From positions 601 through 64,600 of the forward strand of contig CAZYWG010000009.1 in NCBI GenBank assembly GCA_964651815.1: DNA of 64,000 nucleotides, read 5' to 3'. Both the position numbers and the translations under genes were made by a program. The notes below the pieces were generated by a model. That model did not search any database and was not told the DNA's origin. It was given only the letters and a program-made list of their open reading frames with translations. Below are positions 26,670 through 38,921 of the stretch, in pieces (the stretch's first letter is position 1; each line of letters begins with the position of its first letter). The DNA comes from an uncultured Gammaproteobacteria bacterium. Its GTDB lineage: Bacteria > Patescibacteriota > Microgenomatia > Levybacterales > GWA1-39-11.

Positions 26670-28184
26670 ATGGACATGCAGGAATTTTTAAAACAAATTG
26701 ATAAAAAGCTTGGAAGTGCTGATATTTCACCAAAGGCAGTTAATACGGGTGAGGTTTTATCTGTGGCTGATGGAATCGTCACAGTTTCGGGGTTATCACA
26801 AGCAGGGTTTGGTGAAGAAGTTGAGTTTGAAGATAAAACCCGGGGATTAGTTTTTAACCTTGATGAAGAGCAGGTTTCAATTATTTTGCTTTCTGAGAGC
26901 GACAAAATTGTTGAGGGAACAAAAGTAAAAACTACCGGAAAAATTTTGGGAGTTTTGGTTTCTGAAAGTTTGCTTGGCCGAGTTGTTTCTCCACTCGAAG
27001 AACCACTTGACGGAAAAGCGCTAAAATCTTCCGGAAAATTCTATCCACTTGAAAAGATTGCGCCAGGTGTCATAGCACGTCAACCAGTTGATACTCCTCT
27101 TAAAACAGGAGTTAAGGCAATTGATTCAATGATTCCTATCGGTCGCGGACAACGAGAACTTATCATAGGAGATAGAAACACAGGCAAAACGGCAATTGCA
27201 GTGGACGCCATAATTAATCAAAAGAAAAAAGATCTTGGACTAAAACAAGTAATTTGTATTTACTGCGCAATAGGACAAAAAAGAGGGAATATTGCAAGAA
27301 CTGTTGCAATTCTTGAAGACCAGAACGCACTTGAATACTCAATTGTTGTTGCAGCATCAGCGTCAGACGCTCCGGCACTTCAATACCTTGCCCCTTTCAC
27401 AGCAACTGCCATTGGTGAATATTTTATGGACCAAGGAAAAGATGTTTTGATAATCTATGATGATTTATCAAAACACGCTTGGGCTTACAGGCAAATTTCA
27501 CTTCTCTTAAGACGTCCCGCAGGCCGGGAAGCATACCCAGGGGATATATTTTATCTACATTCACGACTTCTTGAACGCTCGGCGCGCCTTTCTGAAAAAT
27601 CAGGTGGAGGATCAATTACCTCTTTTCCGATCATTGAGACACAGGCTGATGATATTTCAGCTTATATTCCAACTAACGTAATTTCAATAACTGATGGGCA
27701 AATATATCTCAAAACCGATTTATTTAATGCCGGAACACGCCCTGCAATAGACGTTGGACTGTCTGTTTCACGTGTAGGAGGAGCTGCTCAAACAAAATCC
27801 ATAAAAAGTATCTCAGGCCCTTTAAGACTTGACCTGGCACAATATCGTTCTCTTGCCGCTTTTGCACAATTTGGTAGTGACCTTGACGAGCAAACCCAAA
27901 AGCAACTTGACCGCGGTAGGCGTGTTGCAGAAATCTTAAAACAACCTCAATTTACACCATATGATGAAGCCTCCGAATTTATAAGTATTTACGCTGCTAC
28001 TTCCGGACTATTAGATGAAGTTCCTGTTGATAAAATTCAGACTTTTGAAGAAAAAGTCCATTCATATATTGGCGTGAAAAATAAAAAACTTGTTCAAAAA
28101 CTGTCAACCGGCGAAAAAATTGATGACAAAACAAAAAAAGAACTTGACCAAGAGATTAAAAACTTTATAAAAACACTAAAGTAA
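26670..28184 (+). CDS. atpA: F-type ATP synthase alpha subunit
   Basis: Walker A GDRNTGKT and the signature [42 protein letters not shown]. Confidence 0.95.
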   Translation: MDMQEFLKQIDKKLGSADISPKAVNTGEVLSVADGIVTVSGLSQAGFGEEVEFEDKTRGLVFNLDEEQVSIILLSESDKIVEGTKVKTTGKILGVLVSESLLGRVVSPLEEPLDGKALKSSGKFYPLEKIAPGVIARQPVDTPLKTGVKAIDSMIPIGRGQRELIIGDRNTGKTAIAVDAIINQKKKDLGLKQVICIYCAIGQKRGNIARTVAILEDQNALEYSIVVAASASDAPALQYLAPFTATAIGEYFMDQGKDVLIIYDDLSKHAWAYRQISLLLRRPAGREAYPGDIFYLHSRLLERSARLSEKSGGGSITSFPIIETQADDISAYIPTNVISITDGQIYLKTDLFNAGTRPAIDVGLSVSRVGGAAQTKSIKSISGPLRLDLAQYRSLAAFAQFGSDLDEQTQKQLDRGRRVAEILKQPQFTPYDEASEFISIYAATSGLLDEVPVDKIQTFEEKVHSYIGVKNKKLVQKLSTGEKIDDKTKKELDQEIKNFIKTLK

Positions 28185-28233
28185 TTAAATAATAGAAACT
28201 AGTTATCTAGAAACTAGGAACAACTAAGCAAAT

Positions 28234-30869
<2,636 letters not shown>

Positions 30870-30896
30870 GTGCCTAATAAGTAATCTTTACTCACT

Positions 30897-31610
30897 ATGC
30901 AATCAAGGCTAGCACGAAGATCAGTAAAACAAAGTAAAAATCAGTTGTATATTTCACTCGCGGGGATTGTAGTTGTTTTATTCCTAGCAATCAATTTTGG
31001 GCCTTCTGTAATAGGTGGGGCGGGGAATATAATAGACAAAATTACTGGAAAATCAGGGCTGGATGCAATAGTTAAATCAAACGGACAAGTTCAACCCCCT
31101 ACTCTAGATCCCCTTCCTCAAGCCACTCCAAGTGCAACAATTAATATCAGCGGGAAAACAGATTATCCGAATGGTAATGTTGAGCTTTTTGTAAATAATT
31201 CTTTATCTGATCAAACAAAAGTTGAAACTAATCAGACCTTTAACTTCAAAGAGGTAAATCTAACCTCCGGTAACAACGCTATTAAAGTAAGAATGGTAAT
31301 CAATGACCAAAAAAGTGATTTTTCCGGTGAAGAAGATGTTATGTATACAAAAAATGCACCTAAGCTCGACATTTCAAACCCGCAGGACAAGCAAAATTTT
31401 ACAAAGGCCGACCAGCAAATAGTAGTTAACGGTACCACAGATCCTGATAGTTCTGTGAGAGTTAACGGTTTTGTGGCGATTGTAGACAATCAGGGCAACT
31501 TTTCTTACAATTTAGGCTTAAACCAAGGGGATAATAAAATTGCAATTGTTGCAACCGGTGCATCAGGTCAAACTACTGAGAAAGATCTTACCGTTTCATA
31601 TTCACCGTAG
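30897..31610 (+). CDS. Membrane-anchored hypothetical protein with two Ig-like repeats
   Basis: An N-terminal TM helix and a Pro/Thr linker (QPPTLDPLPQATPSAT) are followed by the two repeats ...ISGKTDYPNGNVELFVNN... and ...VNGTTDPDSSVRVNGFVAIVDNQGNFSY... Confidence 0.5.
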   Translation: MQSRLARRSVKQSKNQLYISLAGIVVVLFLAINFGPSVIGGAGNIIDKITGKSGLDAIVKSNGQVQPPTLDPLPQATPSATINISGKTDYPNGNVELFVNNSLSDQTKVETNQTFNFKEVNLTSGNNAIKVRMVINDQKSDFSGEEDVMYTKNAPKLDISNPQDKQNFTKADQQIVVNGTTDPDSSVRVNGFVAIVDNQGNFSYNLGLNQGDNKIAIVATGASGQTTEKDLTVSYSP

Positions 31611-32787
31611 CACCAATTATGATAAATACCCACGCAAGAATTAAAGTATAGAAAAGAGTGTTAATAAATAGTGAATTAAACATTAATGCGCAAAGAATTG
31701 GAAATGCCGCAACTGACAAAACATTTTTTTCTGAAATTCTAGTCTTCAAGTTTTTCATAAGTTCAAAAATAAAAACTATAAAAGCTATAAATCCTATAAC
31801 TCCAGTTGTCGCAAGAATTAAGAGATACGAATTATCTGTACTGGCTGCAGAATTATTAGGTATATCAGAGATATCGCGACTGTATCCATATCTTAGCTGG
31901 GCATAACGGTATGCACCAAACCCAACACCTAAAATTGGATTTCTTCCAACTATTGAAAGGGCAACTCCTGCCGAGTCAACTCTTTCCAATGCTGAAAAAG
32001 TTCTAAACGGATTTAATCCCTCAACCGAGCTATTTGAAAAAGCCAACAATAGTACCGCAAGAAGTATAATAACAGGATAAATTATTTTGTTTTTATTAGA
32101 TACTATAAGAAGAATCACAATTCCTACTATCATTGATAAGAATGCCGATCTTGAGTAAGTTAAATATATTGAAATAAGTGTAAATAAACCTAAGAAAGCT
32201 AATAACGCAGTCATACGAAGATTCGCCTTCCTAAAATAATAGAGAGTGCTACACGTGATTAAAATTAAAACAAAAACCATAAATATTCCGGCAAAGTTTG
32301 GGTCTAGCATTGTTGAAAAAAGGCGGTATAGATGATCATCCCATCCTGCATAATGTAAATTTTTTAAGTTTGGGTAAAAGAAATATTGCAAAAGACCCAA
32401 AAAAGCAAATAATGCGCCTGATGCTATAAGCTTTAAATGCAAAGTGGAAAGAAATTTTTTGTCCACAAACTGAAGTGCAAATATTAATGAATAATAAGAA
32501 GCCAATCGGATAAAATACAATAATGCGACAAAAAATGATAATCCGTTTAAGTGTGGAATATTAACTACCAATGATAGTAAACATGCAGACAAAAAAATTA
32601 AGAAGTATTTAAAGAGTCCCCTGTTTATTATTTTCTCTTTTTTGAATAATACTTTATAGAAAGTAACCAAAAAAATAATCCCCACTATTATGTCGTGTAT
32701 ATATAAAAACGCACCTGGAACAATGCTGATTCTCGTCAGCACTCCCAGCGGCAAAATGAAAGTCAATAAATTAATTAAGAGGCTCAT
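31588..32787 (-). CDS. Wzy_C-family membrane protein (O-antigen ligase or O-oligosaccharyltransferase-like)
   Basis: About 10 TM helices, with YSRSAFLSMIVGIV followed by a periplasmic loop RNPILGVGFGAYRY...SAASTDNSYLLILATTGVIGF. That loop resembles the Wzy_C R...G.G.G...H.N.YL motif. Confidence 0.55.
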   Translation of the reverse strand: MSLLINLLTFILPLGVLTRISIVPGAFLYIHDIIVGIIFLVTFYKVLFKKEKIINRGLFKYFLIFLSACLLSLVVNIPHLNGLSFFVALLYFIRLASYYSLIFALQFVDKKFLSTLHLKLIASGALFAFLGLLQYFFYPNLKNLHYAGWDDHLYRLFSTMLDPNFAGIFMVFVLILITCSTLYYFRKANLRMTALLAFLGLFTLISIYLTYSRSAFLSMIVGIVILLIVSNKNKIIYPVIILLAVLLLAFSNSSVEGLNPFRTFSALERVDSAGVALSIVGRNPILGVGFGAYRYAQLRYGYSRDISDIPNNSAASTDNSYLLILATTGVIGFIAFIVFIFELMKNLKTRISEKNVLSVAAFPILCALMFNSLFINTLFYTLILAWVFIIIGATVNMKR

Positions 32788-34325
32788 TTTTTGGAATATA
32801 GCTTAACACTTGTCCTAATATTTTGGTATTTTAACTTCCAATTTTGATAATCATTAGGAACCTGTCCCCTTATCAAAACGTAGTTAAAAAAATCCCCTTT
32901 TTTGTACCATGAAGAGTCAACAAATGGAAAATCCGCATAGTAAAGATTGTGGACATTGTAAACTAATACTTTATCACTCTTCTTAATGTTTTTCTTGAAG
33001 TATCCATCTATATCATAAAAATCGCCGAATGAAAAATTTAGGTGGTCCGTCAAAAACTTATCATTTGGTTCAATTCCCAAAATAACTGGGGTATACTTCA
33101 TGTTTGCGGCTCCACGGTAAACTATAGATACAATTGAAACTACAATAATTAGCGCAATTGAATATTTAAGTACAAATCTATCTTTCATGTAGGATAGTGA
33201 AAGTGCTACAAGTACGGAAAACGTGGGAAGATATGCCATAATAAACCTTCCACCACCGCTTTGTGGTGCTAAAAACCAGATGATAAACGAAATTACTGAG
33301 TAAACAACCAAGATCTTACCACCAAGCTTCATTTTTTTTAGACCAAGTAAAACAATTGGAAAGGTTATTAAATACACCGGTGAGATTGGATCGGCGCTGA
33401 AAAGAAAATTCAAAAAATTTGAAAAATGAAAATCCGGCGAAACTGGATAAATACCACTAAAAAACGGGTAGAAAGGGTTTTTTGTTGAAACGTAAGAGAA
33501 TATAAACCAAGGAAGTGGAACTATCAAAGATATAATCACATATAGAAAAGCGTGTTTTATGGACTTTCCAAAAAAGAGCGCCAGAAGTAAGAAAGTTGCA
33601 ATATCAAGTCCTGAAAAAAGCTTTGTTGTTATGGCAAGACCAAGACATATCGATGAAAAAATCAGGAACCTCACGTTTTTTTTCTCTATATAGATCAAAA
33701 AATAGAAAAGGGCAAAAATTTCAAAAAAAGTCCTACCAAGGTCAACGTATGCCGTGATTGACTGCCATCCAACTACTAAGTTCGAGTAGAAAATAACAAT
33801 TGCAAGTAACGATAGCTTTGGTGAAATAAATTTTCTACTTAACTTATAAATTAGTATTAACGTTCCTAATCCAAAAAGAAAGTGAATAAATTTAGCACCG
33901 GTTACAAAACCCGTTACCAAAACGGGAATATATAACATTTCAACAAGTTTTGGCATGTCAGAATAATAAAAAAGTCCGCCTGAAATGTGAAATATTTTTC
34001 CTTCTTGTAGAAAGATTTTGGGAAGCGTTAAGTGGTACCATAAAGCATCAAATCCAGTCTCAGGGCCTAATACACCAATAAGATTAACTAATATTTGTAC
34101 TAAAACGATTCCTAGAAGAAATTTTTCGAGAGGGGTAAGATCTTTGAGCCACTTTTTAATATTTCCAAAAACTGATATAGAGAAATTTTTCCATATAAGA
34201 ATTGTCACAAGTGTTACAAATATAAATGTGAGTGCTAATATATTTACTGTAGTTAAGGCATGAATTATACCAAGGAAGAAAATTACATAAGAGTATAATC
34301 CAATTAATAACGGCACTAAAAACAT
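32784..34325 (-). CDS. GT-C fold membrane glycosyltransferase (PMT/ArnT-like)
   Basis: More than 10 TM helices. The first periplasmic loop reads GPETGFDALWYHLTLPKIFLQEGKIFHISGGLFYYSDMPKLVEMLY, carrying the acidic and PPL-like motifs. Confidence 0.5.
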   Translation of the reverse strand: MFLVPLLIGLYSYVIFFLGIIHALTTVNILALTFIFVTLVTILIWKNFSISVFGNIKKWLKDLTPLEKFLLGIVLVQILVNLIGVLGPETGFDALWYHLTLPKIFLQEGKIFHISGGLFYYSDMPKLVEMLYIPVLVTGFVTGAKFIHFLFGLGTLILIYKLSRKFISPKLSLLAIVIFYSNLVVGWQSITAYVDLGRTFFEIFALFYFLIYIEKKNVRFLIFSSICLGLAITTKLFSGLDIATFLLLALFFGKSIKHAFLYVIISLIVPLPWFIFSYVSTKNPFYPFFSGIYPVSPDFHFSNFLNFLFSADPISPVYLITFPIVLLGLKKMKLGGKILVVYSVISFIIWFLAPQSGGGRFIMAYLPTFSVLVALSLSYMKDRFVLKYSIALIIVVSIVSIVYRGAANMKYTPVILGIEPNDKFLTDHLNFSFGDFYDIDGYFKKNIKKSDKVLVYNVHNLYYADFPFVDSSWYKKGDFFNYVLIRGQVPNDYQNWKLKYQNIRTSVKLYSKK

Positions 34326-34330
34326 TTTAA

Positions 34331-35839
34331 TTAAGTCTTGAAAACTATAAAAACTTTATTTTTAAAAACTTCTTTTTGCTTTTGTATAAATCTGGATAAC
34401 TTTGATTCATTTAGGTAATCGTTTTGAACTATTATATACTTAACTTGTTTGTTTTTAACTTCTGTAAGAATTACATCATCAGAATATTGATGCCAAAGCG
34501 GAGGAAAATAAATTATATCACTGGAGGGGTCCCGTCTCTCAAGAATAAAATATAGTTCAGGATAATAAGGGTACGCAAAAACATAGTCATTTTTTTGGGT
34601 TCTTGAATTTATGAAATTTGCGAGAGACATTATACCGTCTGCAGTTATCTTGTCAGTCTGAATTCCTTTTGTCCTTGGAAGATTTATAAAAGTATTTTGT
34701 GCGCTATAAGGCGGATGATAGCGATAATACTCACGGAAAAGAGTAAGGTAAAAACCTATCATGATCATTAAAGATATCATTAGAATGGCAAGTATATTCT
34801 TTTTTTGGTTGCTAATAAAAATTACCATTGCCAAAATAATGCTTCCCCAAAATGGATATACATGCAACAATTCGCTATTTGGGTAAATATAAGTAACAAA
34901 TCCCACAAGAGGAACTATAAACACTGACAGCAATTTCCAATTCTTATCTTTTAAAAATCTCCAAATAACAAAAAATGCAAAAATATAAGGTAAATAATAC
35001 GGTAACAGTTTAAGAATACCTGCGGGTTGTAAAATATAAGACAGAGGGGGATATGTAAAACCAAATTGAGTTGAGAATTTTCTGCTAAAATTTATAAACA
35101 TTAAGAGTCCAACAATATTGTCTTTCAAAAAAAAATAGTAAATCCAGAAAAACGACAACATCAATAATACTGAATCTAGGACTAGTAGGTTTTTTATTCT
35201 CTCAGACAGCTCTAATTTCTTTGAAAAAAAAACTAAAAAATTTATAACTAATATGAAGCCTAGACCTAAATTCTGGCGTACAGAAAATGATAAGGCAAGA
35301 AGCGTTCCAATTATGATTAGGTATATAAAACTCTTTTTACTTCTCGAATCGATCCAAGAGACAAAAACATATACTAGAATTTGAGAAATTAAAACCTCTG
35401 GCCAAACAGCAAGTGGAATATTAATCAATGGATACCCAAACGCTACAATTCCTAAAAAAGAAAGCAATATTATTTTAAAAGACGTCAGCTTTAGTATATT
35501 GAGGATTAAAAAAGTAAAACAAACAACAAGCGAACATACCAAAAGATTTAGACACCTCCCCACAATTATTGAAAATCCGAATACTTTATAAAGTAGCGCC
35601 AATAGGTAAAAATAGGCCGGGGTATATTGAAGCGCAAAATCTTTATACGGAATTTCTCCCTTTGCTATCCTTTCTGCTGCGTGCAATGTATATCCTTCGT
35701 CAAATAGATCAAGACCTTTGTTTGCAAAATAAAGGTAATAGAAAAATGCGGCAACAATAAGCGCTACTTCAAACAATAAATATTTTTTTGTTTTAACTAC
35801 AGATTTAAAAAGTGCTTTGGGGTCACTAAATGATATCAT
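34331..35839 (-). CDS. GT-C fold membrane glycosyltransferase (PMT/ArnT-like)
   Basis: The first loop reads GLDLFDEGYTLHAAERIAKGEIPYKDFALQYTPAYFYLLA, matching FDE.RY...G...PPL.YW of ArnT/PMT. At least 10 TM helices. Confidence 0.55.
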   Translation of the reverse strand: MISFSDPKALFKSVVKTKKYLLFEVALIVAAFFYYLYFANKGLDLFDEGYTLHAAERIAKGEIPYKDFALQYTPAYFYLLALLYKVFGFSIIVGRCLNLLVCSLVVCFTFLILNILKLTSFKIILLSFLGIVAFGYPLINIPLAVWPEVLISQILVYVFVSWIDSRSKKSFIYLIIIGTLLALSFSVRQNLGLGFILVINFLVFFSKKLELSERIKNLLVLDSVLLMLSFFWIYYFFLKDNIVGLLMFINFSRKFSTQFGFTYPPLSYILQPAGILKLLPYYLPYIFAFFVIWRFLKDKNWKLLSVFIVPLVGFVTYIYPNSELLHVYPFWGSIILAMVIFISNQKKNILAILMISLMIMIGFYLTLFREYYRYHPPYSAQNTFINLPRTKGIQTDKITADGIMSLANFINSRTQKNDYVFAYPYYPELYFILERRDPSSDIIYFPPLWHQYSDDVILTEVKNKQVKYIIVQNDYLNESKLSRFIQKQKEVFKNKVFIVFKT

Positions 35840-35930
35840 GTTTATAAATGCGCTCTTGACAGAAGATATACTAAATAAATAAATAGAATTGCTAAACTCC
35901 AGATTACATACATCACTTTAGGAATTTTTT

Positions 35931-36689
35931 TCACATCTCATTCCTCCACAGTAAAAAGAGTTTGCTTCTCACTAAAAATGAATGCAAAGACATGAACAGT
36001 GCAAAAACCAAACCCTCAATCCCATCCAAAAAACCTAACTTGAGAATATAGTTTTGAATAAATTTTGCTTTCGTATACAAAACTATAGAAAAAACTGAAG
36101 ATGTAACGCCTTTATTTTTCAATTCTCGAGCTCTTAATGTTGAGTAAAAATCAATTTCTTTTAAGAATTCCGCCGTAGTTTGGTGTGGGTAATGTGTTAA
36201 CTCGTGCTTTAACTCTCCTATGCGTCCTTTTATGTTCCAAACTTCATGAACATCTCCGCTCCATTTTCCAGATTCCTTTCCGCCAAGCCTTACTAACTTT
36301 ATATTTCCGGTTTCCCCGTGTTTTAACTTTTTACCCCACAAAACATCACTTCTTTTAACAAAAAACCCATTGTAATCTGTACTATTAATTCGTTCTTTAA
36401 CTTCATCAATTAAATTGCTTGATAAGCGCTCGTCAGCGTCTATAAATAGAACCCAGTTGTTTTTTGCTTTCTCAAGTCCAAAATTTCTTTGGGAGGAAAA
36501 ATTTCCATCAAGTTTTCTTTTAAATATTTTGACAGTTTTGAAATTTAATGTTTTTATGACTTCAAGCGTACGGTCTTCTGAATAATCGTCAATTACGACA
36601 ATTTCTGATATTTCAGATAAGCTCTCCAAACAATCCAAGATATTTTTTTCCTCGTTCTTAGTAAGAATTACAACAGATAGTTTAACCAT
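35931..36689 (-). CDS. Glycosyltransferase family 2
   Basis: MVKLSVVILTKNEEKNILDCLESL...VVIDDYSEDRT...FIDADERL (DxD). Confidence 0.8.
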   Translation of the reverse strand: MVKLSVVILTKNEEKNILDCLESLSEISEIVVIDDYSEDRTLEVIKTLNFKTVKIFKRKLDGNFSSQRNFGLEKAKNNWVLFIDADERLSSNLIDEVKERINSTDYNGFFVKRSDVLWGKKLKHGETGNIKLVRLGGKESGKWSGDVHEVWNIKGRIGELKHELTHYPHQTTAEFLKEIDFYSTLRARELKNKGVTSSVFSIVLYTKAKFIQNYILKLGFLDGIEGLVFALFMSLHSFLVRSKLFLLWRNEM

Positions 36690-36692
36690 TCA

Positions 36693-38921
36693 TTATTTTA
36701 CCATGATTTGATCATTTATAACTTTTATTCTTTCGCTACCCTCAATTACATATATTTTAGTTTTGACAGGAAAAGTGATAGGCGGATTATTACCAAGCCA
36801 CCAAGTTAAATACTCATAATTTGCGGTTGAACTGGCAAATTGTTGTCCTGGGCCTTTAAAAACCAGATTGTATCCCTGCCCTTTTGCAATTTTTAAAATT
36901 TGCTTTGATGATTCAATTCTGCCCGCAAGTCCATATAGAGTAGTATTATTCGAACTTACAAAAATAAACAAATTTAAGAAAACTATCGATAATATATAAA
37001 ATGTAGAGATGAAGACTTTAAACTTATTTACAGCTAGAACAAACAAAATAAGTAATATTGGGAATATCATTGGTAAATACGCGTCAGATGGCGTTTTTAT
37101 AGCAAAATACCCAACCATAGAAATTAATCCGGTCAAAAAAATCACTGATTCCGCTGACTCGAATTTATCACGAATAAAAATCCAGCCAGCCGAGACAAGA
37201 CTTAAGACCAACAACGCAAGTGAAATTACATAATTAGGAAATAAGAGATTTTCGTACTTTTCAACAAAAAAATTAAAAACAGACACATAGCTATGATTAT
37301 CCATGCTACTTCTCCTAAAGATTCCAACAAATTGAAGAATTTTATAACCTATCCAAAGTACAAACTTCAAAGTCTGGGGAAATCCGTGTCCTAAATCATA
37401 AAAAATAAATGGCGTCATGGGAGTTACAATACTAAGGAGTGAAAATAAAGCAAATTTTTTATTAACAACCCCCTTCACATATTTTTTCTTTCTTGCAAAA
37501 CCTAATGTGATATAGAAAACAATGACAGCCAAAAAAATTGAAGTTGCAATCTCAAAGTTGTAAAGAATTACCACTAGCATCAATACAACTGGGAGGGCTT
37601 TTACATTTAATTTTACAACCCACTGGAGCATAAAAAAAACAATTAGTAGTGTAAACAGTGGAATTGGACTTGTATGATACGGCATTTTGGAATACTCTAC
37701 TAAAATAGGCGAGGTAGCATAGACTAGTGAAGCAAAAATACCGACTTTTTTTGTGAAGAAAGTAGAACCTATCTTGTAAATTACAAAAATTGCCAAACAA
37801 TCAAGAAGTGCAGCTAAATATGCGCCTGAAACCGGATTAAAATTTGAGACTAGTAAAGCTCCAGCAAGTAAATACGTCCAAAAAGCACCTTGATGCAGCC
37901 ATGGATGACTCGAGGCAATTCCAACCAGAGGAAACTTACCATGGACAATAATATCTCTTGCCGATAAATAAAACCACGCTTGATCACCAATAAAAGTCAT
38001 GTTGCGAGAAATATCAAATAGTCTCAAAAATAAACCCGTTAAGATTACAAGTGAGAGGATCACGCTATATGTTGAAATAGATAATATAAAAGATACAATT
38101 ACAGCCCAGGTCAACCCGTAATTTTTTTTTAAATAGTAAAAGCGGCTTTCGTTAAATATTTTGCTTATATTTTTGTCACTTTTCTTTGTACTCTCCCCCC
38201 ACGCATGGTACACTTTAGCGTTAGAAAGCATGACTATTTTGTATCCAAGCACTTTTACTCTTTTGCACAAATCGTGTTCTTCAAAATACAAAAAAAAATT
38301 CTCATCAAAACCTCCTATTTTTTGAAAAATTATCTTTCTAATTATGAATGCAGACCCTGGAACGCTATCCACTTCCCGCACAGATTGCTTCATCCAATCA
38401 CTTCTCCAATATTTTTTAGAAATTGGGTTACCAGGAAAAATTTTATTAATAAGTGAAAATGCAAAAATGGCGCTTATCGGAGTTAATGTTCCAAACCCTT
38501 GGAGTGGATAAGGCTTGTCATTAATATCATAAAGTGTAGGGGCAGCTATTGCAGTATTTTTATTTCTTTCTAAATTATTTAACAATAATTTTATACTATC
38601 ATTCCGGATTATAGTGTCCGGATTTAAGAAAAATAAATAATCCCCTGATGCAGACTTCGAACCAACATTACATCCGTTAGCAAACCCACGGTTTGTATTA
38701 GGTATGTAGATCGTCTTTGGGAATCGTTGTTTTAAGTCTTTGGAAATACTTTTTACTTCATCATTATCTACTACAATAACTTCAAGCTTTATATTCTCAC
38801 CAGTACTTTTATAGATTGAATTGATACAAGTTAACAAAAGGTTCTTAACATGATAGTTAACTATTATTATAGAAATTCTAATCTTAGATTCACTTTTCAT
38901 GTTATTTCTTCTTGTAAACAA
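36693..38921 (-). CDS. Fusion protein: N-terminal GT2 domain plus C-terminal GT-C (PMT/ArnT-like) membrane domain
   Basis: The N-terminus ISIIIVNYHVKNLLLTCINS...VIVVDNDEV...FFLNPDTI is GT2. The C-terminus has 12 or more TM helices with GDQAWFYLSARDIIVHGKFPLVGIASSHPWLHQGAFWTYLLA. Confidence 0.65.
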   Translation of the reverse strand: MFTRRNNMKSESKIRISIIIVNYHVKNLLLTCINSIYKSTGENIKLEVIVVDNDEVKSISKDLKQRFPKTIYIPNTNRGFANGCNVGSKSASGDYLFFLNPDTIIRNDSIKLLLNNLERNKNTAIAAPTLYDINDKPYPLQGFGTLTPISAIFAFSLINKIFPGNPISKKYWRSDWMKQSVREVDSVPGSAFIIRKIIFQKIGGFDENFFLYFEEHDLCKRVKVLGYKIVMLSNAKVYHAWGESTKKSDKNISKIFNESRFYYLKKNYGLTWAVIVSFILSISTYSVILSLVILTGLFLRLFDISRNMTFIGDQAWFYLSARDIIVHGKFPLVGIASSHPWLHQGAFWTYLLAGALLVSNFNPVSGAYLAALLDCLAIFVIYKIGSTFFTKKVGIFASLVYATSPILVEYSKMPYHTSPIPLFTLLIVFFMLQWVVKLNVKALPVVLMLVVILYNFEIATSIFLAVIVFYITLGFARKKKYVKGVVNKKFALFSLLSIVTPMTPFIFYDLGHGFPQTLKFVLWIGYKILQFVGIFRRSSMDNHSYVSVFNFFVEKYENLLFPNYVISLALLVLSLVSAGWIFIRDKFESAESVIFLTGLISMVGYFAIKTPSDAYLPMIFPILLILFVLAVNKFKVFISTFYILSIVFLNLFIFVSSNNTTLYGLAGRIESSKQILKIAKGQGYNLVFKGPGQQFASSTANYEYLTWWLGNNPPITFPVKTKIYVIEGSERIKVINDQIMVK

